Source of the DNA: a virus
IMG/VR virus record: IMGVR_UViG_3300031578_000001
Length of the DNA: 64,000 bases
Strand: one strand, 5' to 3'
Part shown: piece by piece, positions 17,208 to 26,832 of the stretch
Numbering within the stretch: the stretch's first letter is position 1
Layout of the letters: every line of letters starts with the position of its first letter
The notes under the pieces: model-generated
The model's database searches: none
What the model was told of the DNA's origin: nothing
What the model saw: the letters and a program-made list of their open reading frames with translations, nothing else
Position numbers and translations under genes: made by a program

Positions 17208-19007
17208 ATGGCCATGGAAGTTGCAGGACAGCCCCTTTTCCTGACGAAGGAGGACGTTCTCCCCGTAATGGAGAAGGTGGCCATGTATAAACTGAGTCCC
17301 GACCCGTCGAAGTGGGACCAGGAAATCATGACCTTCCTTCACGAGCAGAATCCCTATCTCCAGGACTACGACATCCGGATCCACATGAACAAGACCAATC
17401 CGGATTCGGGTTCCGGCGTGGGCCAGATTGTCATCGAGGAGAAGATCGCGGTTCCGATCATCATCGAATCGAACAAGCTTTACCCGCTCGATCTTTTCTG
17501 GTCCGAGGACAAACTTCAGCCCATGACCAAGCCATCGCTGATGAGTGCCCTTCAGCGAACCAATGTCGGAAAGGCGGTGGAGCCGGGTCACGGAGAGATC
17601 TCGGATGTGAGCATCTACCAGGCCACCCGTCCACCGTTCTCGGGGAAATATTCCTTCGCCGAAGGCCTGACCTTTACCAACGACGAGCTCCAAGAAGTCC
17701 TTTCGGTCATGGGATCCGAGGCTCTCGACTTCGCCATTCGTACCAACCCGGTGTTCAAGGACTCGCTGGCCGCATACAGCCGCAACGCTCTGACGGACGA
17801 GGACCTTAAGAAGACGGCGTCCGCGTCCATCCTCGACGCGAATCTGGTCGACCTTTTCTCCTACAGCGAGATCGAGAGTCCCGGGATCTACAGCGTCGTG
17901 GCCAACGGCTTCATGAAGAGGGCTGCGTTCGTCTTCGACATGGTCATCGACTGGGATGATCAGCTGGTCGAAGGCAAGAAGATGGCCCTCGATATCGAGG
18001 ATCGGGGCATTTCCATCCAGGACTCCATGGGCGGCATACCCCTCGAGCTCGGTGGGGACTTCGAGAAGATCGCCATGGCCGAGGACCGTCCGTGTTCCGG
18101 TGACATCGGGATCTTCTGGCTCACGAAGAATGGCCGCGCTGTCGCCACGATGCCGGTCAAGGTCCTGTTCAGCGGATCAAGCGACAGCGACATCCCGTTC
18201 GTCAAGGTCGCTGAACTCGGTCTGGTGGAGAGGAACAGAACGGTCTACCGCTCGCCGGAGTACAGCAGTTTCACGAAGGTGGGCGAGAACATCTTCATGT
18301 CCAGAGAATGGGAATGGGCGAAGGTCGGGGAAGTACGGAAGATCGCAGCCGTCGAGATCGCCAACAAGCTCGACTGGCCCGACGACGTGGTCGAGATTCA
18401 GAACAGGCGGGGATTCTTCATGCTCGAAGGTCTCGATGTCGACGGCATCCCGAAGGAGGGCGCCGGACGTCTGGAGTTCGAGGAGCATCTTTCCAAGGTC
18501 ATGAACCCGGAGACCGTGTCCGGTCTCATGAAACAGGCCGAGGATCGGGGGAGCGTCTTTTTCACGGTACAGGAGCAGGAGGCCGTCAAGACGGCCAGTG
18601 AGAAGCGCGTCATCGATCTCAAGGCCGGGTTGACGAAGGCCCTGATCAAGATGGCTCACCAGAGGAACATAGGACCAAGCCGTTTGGTACAACATGCGGC
18701 CCATGTGAGGCCGTGCGAACGGTTCGAGTTTCTCAAGTTCGCAGTTCATGTCAACGAAGACATGGCGAAGAACACGGTGGACTCCATCCTCGGTCTGAAC
18801 TTCGTCAACGACGAGAATCTCTACAAGTTCGTAGAGAAGACCGAGATCCTCGAGAACGCCCTCGACACCCTTGCTAAGCTTCTCCTGGCTGCGCGACTCG
18901 GTCTCGACATCGAACAGGCTCCTCTCCGTACGGCCATGTTTTCGATGGACGAGGTGGTTCGCCAGTTGAAGAGTCTGGGAAGCCAAGTCTATGGTGAAGA
19001 GGAATAG
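17208..19007 (+). CDS. putative head-associated protein with multiple K-x-A motifs (599 aa)
   Basis: RBS GGAGG; MEKVA, KKTAS, FEKIA, RKIAA, VKTAS, IKMA, LKFA; no catalytic motif recognised. Confidence 0.7.
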   Translation: MAMEVAGQPLFLTKEDVLPVMEKVAMYKLSPDPSKWDQEIMTFLHEQNPYLQDYDIRIHMNKTNPDSGSGVGQIVIEEKIAVPIIIESNKLYPLDLFWSEDKLQPMTKPSLMSALQRTNVGKAVEPGHGEISDVSIYQATRPPFSGKYSFAEGLTFTNDELQEVLSVMGSEALDFAIRTNPVFKDSLAAYSRNALTDEDLKKTASASILDANLVDLFSYSEIESPGIYSVVANGFMKRAAFVFDMVIDWDDQLVEGKKMALDIEDRGISIQDSMGGIPLELGGDFEKIAMAEDRPCSGDIGIFWLTKNGRAVATMPVKVLFSGSSDSDIPFVKVAELGLVERNRTVYRSPEYSSFTKVGENIFMSREWEWAKVGEVRKIAAVEIANKLDWPDDVVEIQNRRGFFMLEGLDVDGIPKEGAGRLEFEEHLSKVMNPETVSGLMKQAEDRGSVFFTVQEQEAVKTASEKRVIDLKAGLTKALIKMAHQRNIGPSRLVQHAAHVRPCERFEFLKFAVHVNEDMAKNTVDSILGLNFVNDENLYKFVEKTEILENALDTLAKLLLAARLGLDIEQAPLRTAMFSMDEVVRQLKSLGSQVYGEEE

Positions 19008-20082
19008 CAAACTCAAGACGTTCACCAGAGCCGGACTTTTAGCGAAGTACGGGATCTCTTTTGACACTCTGGGCACGTTGCTCGGCTCTGATCTCCTCGA
19101 TGGGGAGTTCGAGCATAAAGCGGGCAAGAGCCTGTTTGCGGTGTCTCCTCAGGATGATTTCGTTTTTCGCTGCTCCAGGCTTCAGGTTGACAGCTTCCAC
19201 ACTATCGGACTGACTTTCCCTTTCCACCGTTTTCTCGTCTACCGGTTCATCAACACGCCCGTGGACGAAGTCTACGAGGAGATCTTCCAGCTCGGCCTGC
19301 TCCCGAAGATAGACGCCTTCACGAAGGACGAGATGAAGCGTCTCCATAAGAAGATCATCGGAGCCGCTCCGAGAGAACTGGCGAAGGCGTTCAAGGATCT
19401 GAGGGAACCGAAGAAGGACGAGAAGAAGAAATACGATCTCTTTCTGAAGACCTTGAACATCCAGTTGTACTATGACAAGCCGTCGCTCGTTGACGATCTA
19501 ATGTTCTACATACCCATGCGGGCGGAGCTCGAGGTCATCCTTACGACGATCTGTACCGCGGAGGAGGCGACTGAGGCGCTCTCCAAAATGATCGACGTGT
19601 CGATCCCGCTCTCGGCTATCACCACCTACAGGATCCTTCTTTACGCTTCCCATAACGTCAATCCGAGGCACATAGATATGTATTACAACCTGATCCTTCC
19701 GAGCGAGAGACTCGTAAAACGCGAGGCGATGGGTCTCACCCTCACTGAGTTCTGTGTCAAGAAGGGGGCCGATCGTGTGGTGGACACGAAGACTGTCCTT
19801 GAGGTCATCATGAGGCACGCCCAGAAGGAGGTCATGCGTCTCCATCAGATCAAGACCCCTGAAGGGCACCAGGCTGCCAGGGCCGCTCTCGATCGGCTCA
19901 TCAAGGCTCACGACAGACTCGAGGCCATGGGCGCCACGAGCGAGGAGAGCCGCGAGAATCTGGCGAAGACGTTCAAGAAGTTCAGGATCAAGAAGGTCAC
20001 GAACGCGGAGGCTGGACCCATTTTCACCATACACGACATCCAGAAGGACGGCGTCGGTGAGGTGGAGTCCGGTGGCAAATGA
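18991..20082 (+). CDS. hypothetical protein, candidate terminase small subunit (363 aa)
   Basis: Immediately upstream of and ATGA-coupled to terL; helical and basic. The call rests on position only. Confidence 0.4.
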   Translation: MVKRNSKLKTFTRAGLLAKYGISFDTLGTLLGSDLLDGEFEHKAGKSLFAVSPQDDFVFRCSRLQVDSFHTIGLTFPFHRFLVYRFINTPVDEVYEEIFQLGLLPKIDAFTKDEMKRLHKKIIGAAPRELAKAFKDLREPKKDEKKKYDLFLKTLNIQLYYDKPSLVDDLMFYIPMRAELEVILTTICTAEEATEALSKMIDVSIPLSAITTYRILLYASHNVNPRHIDMYYNLILPSERLVKREAMGLTLTEFCVKKGADRVVDTKTVLEVIMRHAQKEVMRLHQIKTPEGHQAARAALDRLIKAHDRLEAMGATSEESRENLAKTFKKFRIKKVTNAEAGPIFTIHDIQKDGVGEVESGGK

Positions 20083-21908
20083 GTTTTCAAGTCAAATATC
20101 ATGATCCGTCGACGACGGGTGTCAGGTTCAGGCCTAACAAATACTCCCTGCTTCCGGAGGCGGCTTCGCTCATCGGATGCGGTCTTGTGGATGTGGACGA
20201 GGATGCGATTGACGAAGTCACCCAAGAGACGATGGAGAGCGACGATTCCCAGATCGAAGGATGGATCTCCAATTTCGCTGAAGCTCTCGTCACCGTAAAT
20301 CGAGAGCCTCTCTCCCTCAAGGATCGCGACTACCTTCGTATGATCTACGATGTCAGGAGCGAGTACCCGAACGGATCGAGGAACACGGTGATCGTTTCCG
20401 GCCGACAGGTCGAGAAATCGACCACCATTGCCGCGAAGGTTATGACCTTGTGCATCCTCCACCCGTCGTTCTCGGCTCTGGTAGTCGAGCCCCGGGTAGA
20501 TCAGATCAAGGTCATCAGCCAGCAGCGCTTCGACCCGATGGCCCATGATTCCAAGCCCCTTCGCCAGGGATGGCTCTCAAGCAAAAACGTCTGGCAGGTA
20601 GGAATGAAGGGGTTCAACAACGGGTCCATCGTGAACTTCAAGTCCTGTTATTACTCTGCCGACCCCTCCCGTGGGATCACGGCCGGATTCCTCGCAATCG
20701 ACGAGTTGCAGGACATCATCTCGGACAACATTCCGATCCTCGAGGAGTGCCAGTCCCACCTTCAGATGGAGCCGGACCGCGTCTTCAATCTCTATACCGG
20801 GACCCCGAAGACGACATCAAACACGCTCAACCAGCACTGGAGGGATACCTGCCAATTCGAGTGGCTCGTCAAGTGCCAGTCGTGCACCAACTATAACTAC
20901 CTCGACGAGAAGGTCATCGGAAAGCACTTCTACATCTGCACTCGATGCGGGAGGCAGATTTACCCGACTAAGCACGGGCAGTGGATTGCCATGAAGCCGA
21001 GCAAGCTCGACTACAGATGGGGGTTCAGGATCTCCCAGCTGATGGTCCCGTTCATGGAGCACGCTAAGATCCTGGAGAAAATGGAGAATCCGAACATTCC
21101 TCATCGGGTATTCATGAATGAGGTGGTGGGACTCTCCTACGACGAGGGACAGCTGCTCCTGACGGAAGCCGATATATTGAAGCACTGTGAGCCCAGGCCC
21201 CAGGATACGCCCCAGAACATTGCACAGAGGACCGATATATTCATGTGCGCCGGGGTCGATCATGGGACCGGCGACTATGCCGTTTCCGGCATGGACGACG
21301 GCGGAACCCGTGGGATGAAGGCTCGGGCCAAGCCGTCGTTCACGTGACTGGCTTTCGGCGGTTTTGGAGCCGACGATCGGTTCCGAATTCTCAAGATGGA
21401 AAAGTTCCATGGTGAGATGGCCAACCTGGCACGTCAGCCGGAGTATATCGACGAATACGTCAGGAAGTACGGCGCTAAGTGGGTGATGTCAGACTACGGG
21501 TTCGGCGCCCACACGAACGCCAGACTCGTTGCGGATCACGGGTGGACACGGTCTGATGTCGAGGGAACGAGGGATCCCCTCCTGATGGAATGCGAATACT
21601 CTGGGATACAGAAGGTTCCGATCAGATGGCACAGCGGAGCCTGGAGATATATTATCAATCGTAACTTTGCCATCGAGCATACGGTTGACGGGATCAAAAG
21701 GGGGACGATCTGGTTCTTTCGTGAAGCCGAAATGAAGGAATTCATTGACGACTTCACCTCCATGTATACCGAGTACGACTTCAGGAGCAAGCACGTAAGA
21801 TACGACCACGTTCTCCCGGATGACTGTTTCCAGGCGGTTCTATACTGCTATCTGGCCGCCTTGCAGCATCGTGGGATGCTCGTCCCCACAATGGTTCCGA
21901 ACATTTGA
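20079..21908 (+). CDS. terL: terminase large subunit (lambda GpA-like), interrupted by one in-frame TGA at 21345-21347 (609 aa if read through)
   Basis: Walker A SGRQVEKST, Walker B LAIDELQD, motif III TGTPKT, CxxC..CxxC Zn site. Nuclease motif AGVDHG lies before the stop; SDYGFG and DDCFQA lie after it in the same frame. Confidence 0.88.
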
Positions 21909-21932
21909 CTTGTTTTAGGTTTAGAGTACCCT
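21905..21932 (+). promoter_or_regulatory. candidate promoter of the head-gene operon
   Basis: TTGACT-N16-TACCCT in an AT-rich gap before 21966. Confidence 0.4.
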
Positions 21933-21965
21933 TTCTATTGCAAGGCGAGTCCAGAGGAGTGAAAT

Positions 21966-23105
21966 ATGGACATCAACCCGATCAGGCTCATGGATCTCGC
22001 TAAAGTAGCGAGCCGGGAATTCCTGTCGAACGGGAAGACCCTGAACGAGGTCATTGCCAAGATCGCCGAGGAGCACGAACTCACTCCGATGCAGATCCGG
22101 AGGGTCTCAGAGCACGCCAATCATGAGGCGAATCTGGCCCTTTACAAGCGATCGGAGGACAAGACGTTCGCGTTCGAGTTGGCTGATCCGGATCAGATCA
22201 TCAACATGATCCAGGCCGAGGTCCCGAAGACGGCCGGGGTGGACGTCTTCGACGTTATCGATGCCACCAGGGCCATGGGTCTGGAGAAGAGGGCGGAAGG
22301 CGACCCGGAGATCTTCGGACTGACGATCGAGGAGGATCCCACGCTCGGTGAGTGCCAGCAGCGAAATATCAATATCCTCCTGGAGAAACTGGCCTACAAG
22401 ACGAAGGCCTTCAAGCGCGAGACGATGCAGAAGCTCGCGGGAATCAGGGCGGAGATCTCGGGGATCATGGACCAGATCGGTGAGATGGCTCGGGATCACA
22501 TCTTCGATAACAAAGGGAACCTCTCCGACCTGCTCAAGTTCGCCTGCGTTCACGACCCGGACTACTCGAATGTCTTCAAGGTCGCCTTCGAGCACATTCG
22601 GGATTCCCTCGTCGAGAAACTCGGAGCCCCGGTCGACGCCGCCCTGCTTGCCGATAATCTTGAGATCCCCGACTCGACTCTCGAGGTGATTAACGGCGAG
22701 CATTCCCTCGCCATCATCCTCGACACGTTCAAGAACAAGATCAGTGACGAGGATCGTGAAACCCAGCACCAGATCCTTCTCGGCACCTTCGGGAACGCCG
22801 TAGTCGACCAGATGAACGTGCTCAAGACGCCTGAGGACGTGGACAAGAACCTGGAAGAGACTCTGGTGGGTATGGACAAGAAGTCGGAGGAGGGGCGGGA
22901 GGCATTCCTCGAGATGCTCGGGCAATCCAAGGAAGCCTTGGGGCCGATGGGTAAGGCCCTCCTCATGTTGGGCGGCGGACTCGGTCTCAAGGGGGTCTAC
23001 GACATCACCAAGGAAACGACCAAGGGGGCGGTCAAGGGAGCGGCGCGAGAAAGGAACGAGCGGAAACGGCTCGAGGAACTCGCCGTCCGTCGAGGCCTCT
23101 ACTAA
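21966..23105 (+). CDS. putative internal head/core protein with K-x-A motifs (379 aa)
   Basis: RBS GAGGAG; KVAS, KIAE, KTAG, KRAE, KLAY, KFAC, KEAL; Gly-rich hydrophobic C-terminal segment. Confidence 0.7.
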   Translation: MDINPIRLMDLAKVASREFLSNGKTLNEVIAKIAEEHELTPMQIRRVSEHANHEANLALYKRSEDKTFAFELADPDQIINMIQAEVPKTAGVDVFDVIDATRAMGLEKRAEGDPEIFGLTIEEDPTLGECQQRNINILLEKLAYKTKAFKRETMQKLAGIRAEISGIMDQIGEMARDHIFDNKGNLSDLLKFACVHDPDYSNVFKVAFEHIRDSLVEKLGAPVDAALLADNLEIPDSTLEVINGEHSLAIILDTFKNKISDEDRETQHQILLGTFGNAVVDQMNVLKTPEDVDKNLEETLVGMDKKSEEGREAFLEMLGQSKEALGPMGKALLMLGGGLGLKGVYDITKETTKGAVKGAARERNERKRLEELAVRRGLY

Positions 23106-23116
23106 AAGGAGCTCCG

Positions 23117-23764
23117 ATGTCTCTCCTCAAGAAGTACGCCTGCATGTACGGCGATCTGGAGTTCACTCCTTCCGAGGAAGAAGAACTCGGGAAGTTTGCC
23201 GCGCAGCTCATGAAGATTGCCATGGATCAGGACGAACACGCCATGGTCGATCTCTTCAAGGAGGCCTTCGTCGACGTGGATGCGGAGGGTTTCCGCCGGA
23301 TCAACGATTACCTGGAGTGGTTGGAATACTCCGAGAAGAACGCCGCGCTCGGCGCCACCATCGGGAAGATCCTGGGACCACTGTCTCTGGCTCTCGCCGC
23401 GATACCGCTCATTGGTCACGGCATCAAGGCCGTTACCAGTGGATCGGAGCTCAAGAGGTCACTGGCGAAGATCTACATGATGCACCCGGAACTTAAAAAC
23501 GATCCTAACGTGCAGGACTACTTCCAGGCCCTGGCGGACTTCGCTCCGGACATCGCCAAAAATCCGCTGGTCGCCGGCAACGTGATCGTGCAGATGCACC
23601 GGGTCGGGCCGTCCTTCGTGACGCCCCAGTTGATCCGTGAACTGATCGGGATCCAGGGACAGACCCAGAGTCCCAAGTTCGGGACGCCGTCGTCGGCCGC
23701 TGCGGAGATGTCGAAGCCGACGTTGGATTTGGCCAAGATGCTCTCGAGCAAGTTCGGAAAGTGA
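23117..23764 (+). CDS. putative internal head protein (215 aa)
   Basis: RBS AAGGAG; KYAC, KFAA, KIAM, KEAF, KNAA followed by a hydrophobic helix LGATIGKILGPLSLALAAIPLIG. Confidence 0.7.
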   Translation: MSLLKKYACMYGDLEFTPSEEEELGKFAAQLMKIAMDQDEHAMVDLFKEAFVDVDAEGFRRINDYLEWLEYSEKNAALGATIGKILGPLSLALAAIPLIGHGIKAVTSGSELKRSLAKIYMMHPELKNDPNVQDYFQALADFAPDIAKNPLVAGNVIVQMHRVGPSFVTPQLIRELIGIQGQTQSPKFGTPSSAAAEMSKPTLDLAKMLSSKFGK

Positions 23765-26700
23765 CGATGTTCGACAAAGGCCCCATGATCGTCCTCATTC
23801 ATCCCGAGGAGGACAGCAAGGCCCCCTTCGTAGATCGCGGTTCGGATACGAATGTCACTGGAGAGAAGCCTCTCAAGAAGAAGGCCTCCCTGGTCGCACT
23901 CGTTCCCGAAGATGCCGTGCACGTCGATGTGCAGGTCAAGACCGCCTCCGTGGACGATATCGCCCTCGACCTCTTCACGCTCGAGCTTCGGGCCATGGAG
24001 AAGATCGCTCAGCCGATAGCTCCTCCGATTCTCAAGAGACCAGTCGGAAGGATCCTTCCAGGCATCTCCAGGGCACTCTTCACGCCATCCAAGGTCGCTC
24101 CCGCAAAACCCAAACCGGCAAGACCCGAGGTATCTCCCGAATCGATCCAGAAAGCTCTTCAGCCTGAACCTTCGGTTGCCAAGGGAAAGGCTCGCGAGAT
24201 TGCGTACCGCAGGACCGAAAAAGGCCCTGAACTCGCCTCTCCAGAACCTGTTAAGGCGCCTAAGGGATACGAGTATCTCGAGAGGAGGGAAAAGGTTCCT
24301 TTCGCCGAGAGTGAGAAGCCATTCAAGGAAGAGCTTCGTACTCCGTTCCGTCAAGCCCTGAGCAAGATCCCGCTTGTTGGCAAGAGACTTGGAAAGGGCG
24401 TTCCGACCGAATTCGTTTCGAAAGGTGAATACGAGTACCTCAGACCGAAGATTGTTAGCGGAGATATCCCTCGACAGGTAGCTTATGCGTTCGGTAGAGG
24501 AGTGAAGGGCGTGGGTGGGGCTGCTGCTGGTGCTGCTAAGGCAGTTCCCGGTGTGGGAACGATTCCAGCCGTTCTTCGCGCCCATGAAAAGATGCCTCTG
24601 AAGGAACGTGTCACGTTGCGGGCTCTTGAGGGAGCTAAAGGTGAGCAGGCACAGAAGGCACGCAAAGAGCTCGTTAAGAAGCTCACGATCGAACCTAAGA
24701 AAATAAAGCCCGAGCTCGAACAGTTGCCGAAGGAACTTCGGAGCAAGCCTGAGATCGCCCAGATGGCCGTTAAGGCATCCGAAGATATCGATAGGTTCAA
24801 GAATCTGAGCGAGGGGGAGCAGTCCAGGGAACTCTTCGGCTCGATGGAGGTCAAGGGACACAAGGGTGGATGGCGTCAGGCGAGCCAGGATGAGATCGGT
24901 AAGGCGGTCAAGGAGTACAGGCAGAAGGGTTCCTTCCCGCAGGGTACGAGAGCGACAGGTCGTCTCGGAGAGGCCCACGAACTCTCGCGAGTCATCGAAG
25001 AGAAACAACTTCCCGAATGGGCTACCTCGAAAGGAATCAAAGGCGGGAAGAAAGTTCCGTTCAGTGCCGAAGAAGCCCAACAACAGGCGGCGACCCAGGC
25101 ATTCATGCGCGGTGCCAGAGGAAAGGGCAAAGAAGTACAGAGAGCAGCCGGGATCGAGGAGCGCCAGAAGTTCCTCAAAGAACAAGCAAAGAAAATCCCG
25201 GAAACGGCGGCGCCTGGCGGTCGGCTACCTGGTGGTAAACAGCCGGAAGGCCGTGGGAAGCCCGGTATCCCTCCTCCGGGAACGGCTGGGCCAACTCCCA
25301 CGCCGAAGAATCTCGTTCCTCCATCGGGAGGAACTGCCGCGAAGCCGCCGGCCGAGCCCACTGCGAAGCCTGTCACGGCTCCGAAAACGCTCGAAGATCT
25401 TCACAGCGCAGCGAGGTCCGGGACCCTTCACAAGGTCGACATGAAGGACATCCAGGGCATCGTCTCCAAGGAATTTCATGATCCCCAAGCGGCGGCGAAG
25501 GCTCTCAATGTGTTCATCGACCAGCGCCAGATGCTGGCGAGCAGGGCGACAAGGGGAGCGGCCCTCGGCAAAGGGCTCGATGTCGCTGGTGGAAAGCCGG
25601 CGCCAGTGGGAGCACCTGCTCCGGTAGCGGCTCCGCCAGCGGTTCCAACTGCTGCTCCGGTTGCTGCTCCAGCCGCACCGGCTCCGGCTCCAGCTCCAGT
25701 TGCGGAGAAGCCGAAGATTGACGTGGGCGGCGTGTCGAAGTCCCTCGAGGCTGTGTCAGCCCAGACCAATGTCGGTCCGACCCAGAACATGCTCTACTAC
25801 GCGCAGACGAATATGCCTCCCGAGGGATCTCCCGGGCATGCGGAGGCCATGCAGCGTCTCAATAGGGTCACCAAATTCCATAAGCAGATGTGGAACGTGC
25901 CCCCGAAGGGTGTGAATTCGAAACTTCAGACCTACCTGAAGGCAAATCCAGAGGATGCGCAATTCTTCCAGGGAGCACTCGAGCAATATGCTGCCGGTGG
26001 CCAGATTCCCGGTCAGGTATCGATGTTCCAGACCGGAGGTCCTCAAGCCCCTCCCGTGGTGCCAAAGTACACGATATCGGCCGCAGATGAGCAGGCCAGA
26101 GCCGCTGCGCAGAAGTGGGTCAAGAACGTCCAGAAACAGATTCCGGGATTCGACTATACGGACCCCGGTCAATTTGCTCAGGCGAAAACACAATTCAAGA
26201 TGAGTCCCACGGCCGAAAAGGCTTTCATGCAGGTCGCCCCGGAAGGATGGCGGCAGCCAGCGCCTGCGCAGCAGACCTTTATTTCTGGAGGTCCTTTGGC
26301 TGGTGGAATCCAGCCAACCGAGCAGCAGATTCAGGCCGAGCAGGTTAAGAGGATGCTCCAGAGTCTGGGATATCCGATTCCGAGCACATCAACGGTTCCA
26401 GGCGCTCAGGGTGCCGGTCTTCCTCCAGCAGCTGCCCAGGGCGCTTTATCCGGAGCCAGCCAGGGTGCACTTCCTGGAGGTGCACAGGCTGGACTTCCGG
26501 CCGATATGTCGAAGAGGATCGCCGATGTGGTCGGTGGTGGAAGTCCAGAGCTCCAGGCCTTCTTGCAGTCACAGGGCGTCAAACCGGGAGGCGGGTTCAT
26601 GGAGGGCGCCATGAACATGCTTCCTTGGTTCGCCGTCCCGATGGGACTCCAGGCCATGGGAGTCGAAGGGATCCTTCCGCAGCTCGCCGGATACGCCTCA

Positions 26701-26829
26701 ATTCCGTTTCTCCAGCAGAAGATGCAGGGCATGATGGGGCGAGATCCCGAGAAGATCAGGCAGGCCACGCAGGCATACCTCGCCGGGCAACAGCCTGGAA
26801 AGATTCCTGCACCCGTACCCCAAGGATAA
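23761..26829 (+). CDS. large Pro/Ala/Gln/Gly-rich putative internal (ejection-type) virion protein (1022 aa)
   Basis: GTGA coupling; N-terminal KKAS, KTAS, MEKIA; PAAPAPAP low-complexity linker; hydrophobic C-terminal helices. Confidence 0.6.
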   Translation: MTMFDKGPMIVLIHPEEDSKAPFVDRGSDTNVTGEKPLKKKASLVALVPEDAVHVDVQVKTASVDDIALDLFTLELRAMEKIAQPIAPPILKRPVGRILPGISRALFTPSKVAPAKPKPARPEVSPESIQKALQPEPSVAKGKAREIAYRRTEKGPELASPEPVKAPKGYEYLERREKVPFAESEKPFKEELRTPFRQALSKIPLVGKRLGKGVPTEFVSKGEYEYLRPKIVSGDIPRQVAYAFGRGVKGVGGAAAGAAKAVPGVGTIPAVLRAHEKMPLKERVTLRALEGAKGEQAQKARKELVKKLTIEPKKIKPELEQLPKELRSKPEIAQMAVKASEDIDRFKNLSEGEQSRELFGSMEVKGHKGGWRQASQDEIGKAVKEYRQKGSFPQGTRATGRLGEAHELSRVIEEKQLPEWATSKGIKGGKKVPFSAEEAQQQAATQAFMRGARGKGKEVQRAAGIEERQKFLKEQAKKIPETAAPGGRLPGGKQPEGRGKPGIPPPGTAGPTPTPKNLVPPSGGTAAKPPAEPTAKPVTAPKTLEDLHSAARSGTLHKVDMKDIQGIVSKEFHDPQAAAKALNVFIDQRQMLASRATRGAALGKGLDVAGGKPAPVGAPAPVAAPPAVPTAAPVAAPAAPAPAPAPVAEKPKIDVGGVSKSLEAVSAQTNVGPTQNMLYYAQTNMPPEGSPGHAEAMQRLNRVTKFHKQMWNVPPKGVNSKLQTYLKANPEDAQFFQGALEQYAAGGQIPGQVSMFQTGGPQAPPVVPKYTISAADEQARAAAQKWVKNVQKQIPGFDYTDPGQFAQAKTQFKMSPTAEKAFMQVAPEGWRQPAPAQQTFISGGPLAGGIQPTEQQIQAEQVKRMLQSLGYPIPSTSTVPGAQGAGLPPAAAQGALSGASQGALPGGAQAGLPADMSKRIADVVGGGSPELQAFLQSQGVKPGGGFMEGAMNMLPWFAVPMGLQAMGVEGILPQLAGYASIPFLQQKMQGMMGRDPEKIRQATQAYLAGQQPGKIPAPVPQG

Positions 26830-26832
26830 GTC

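Noticed and set aside
17208-19007. Calling the 599-aa protein the portal
   Set aside because: The size fits, but no portal motif was recognised and it is rich in putative cleavage sites; left as head-associated pending an HMM search.
23518-25185. 555-aa antisense ORF
   Set aside because: Antisense shadow (L/F/R-rich, the mirror of K/E codons); no independent signal.
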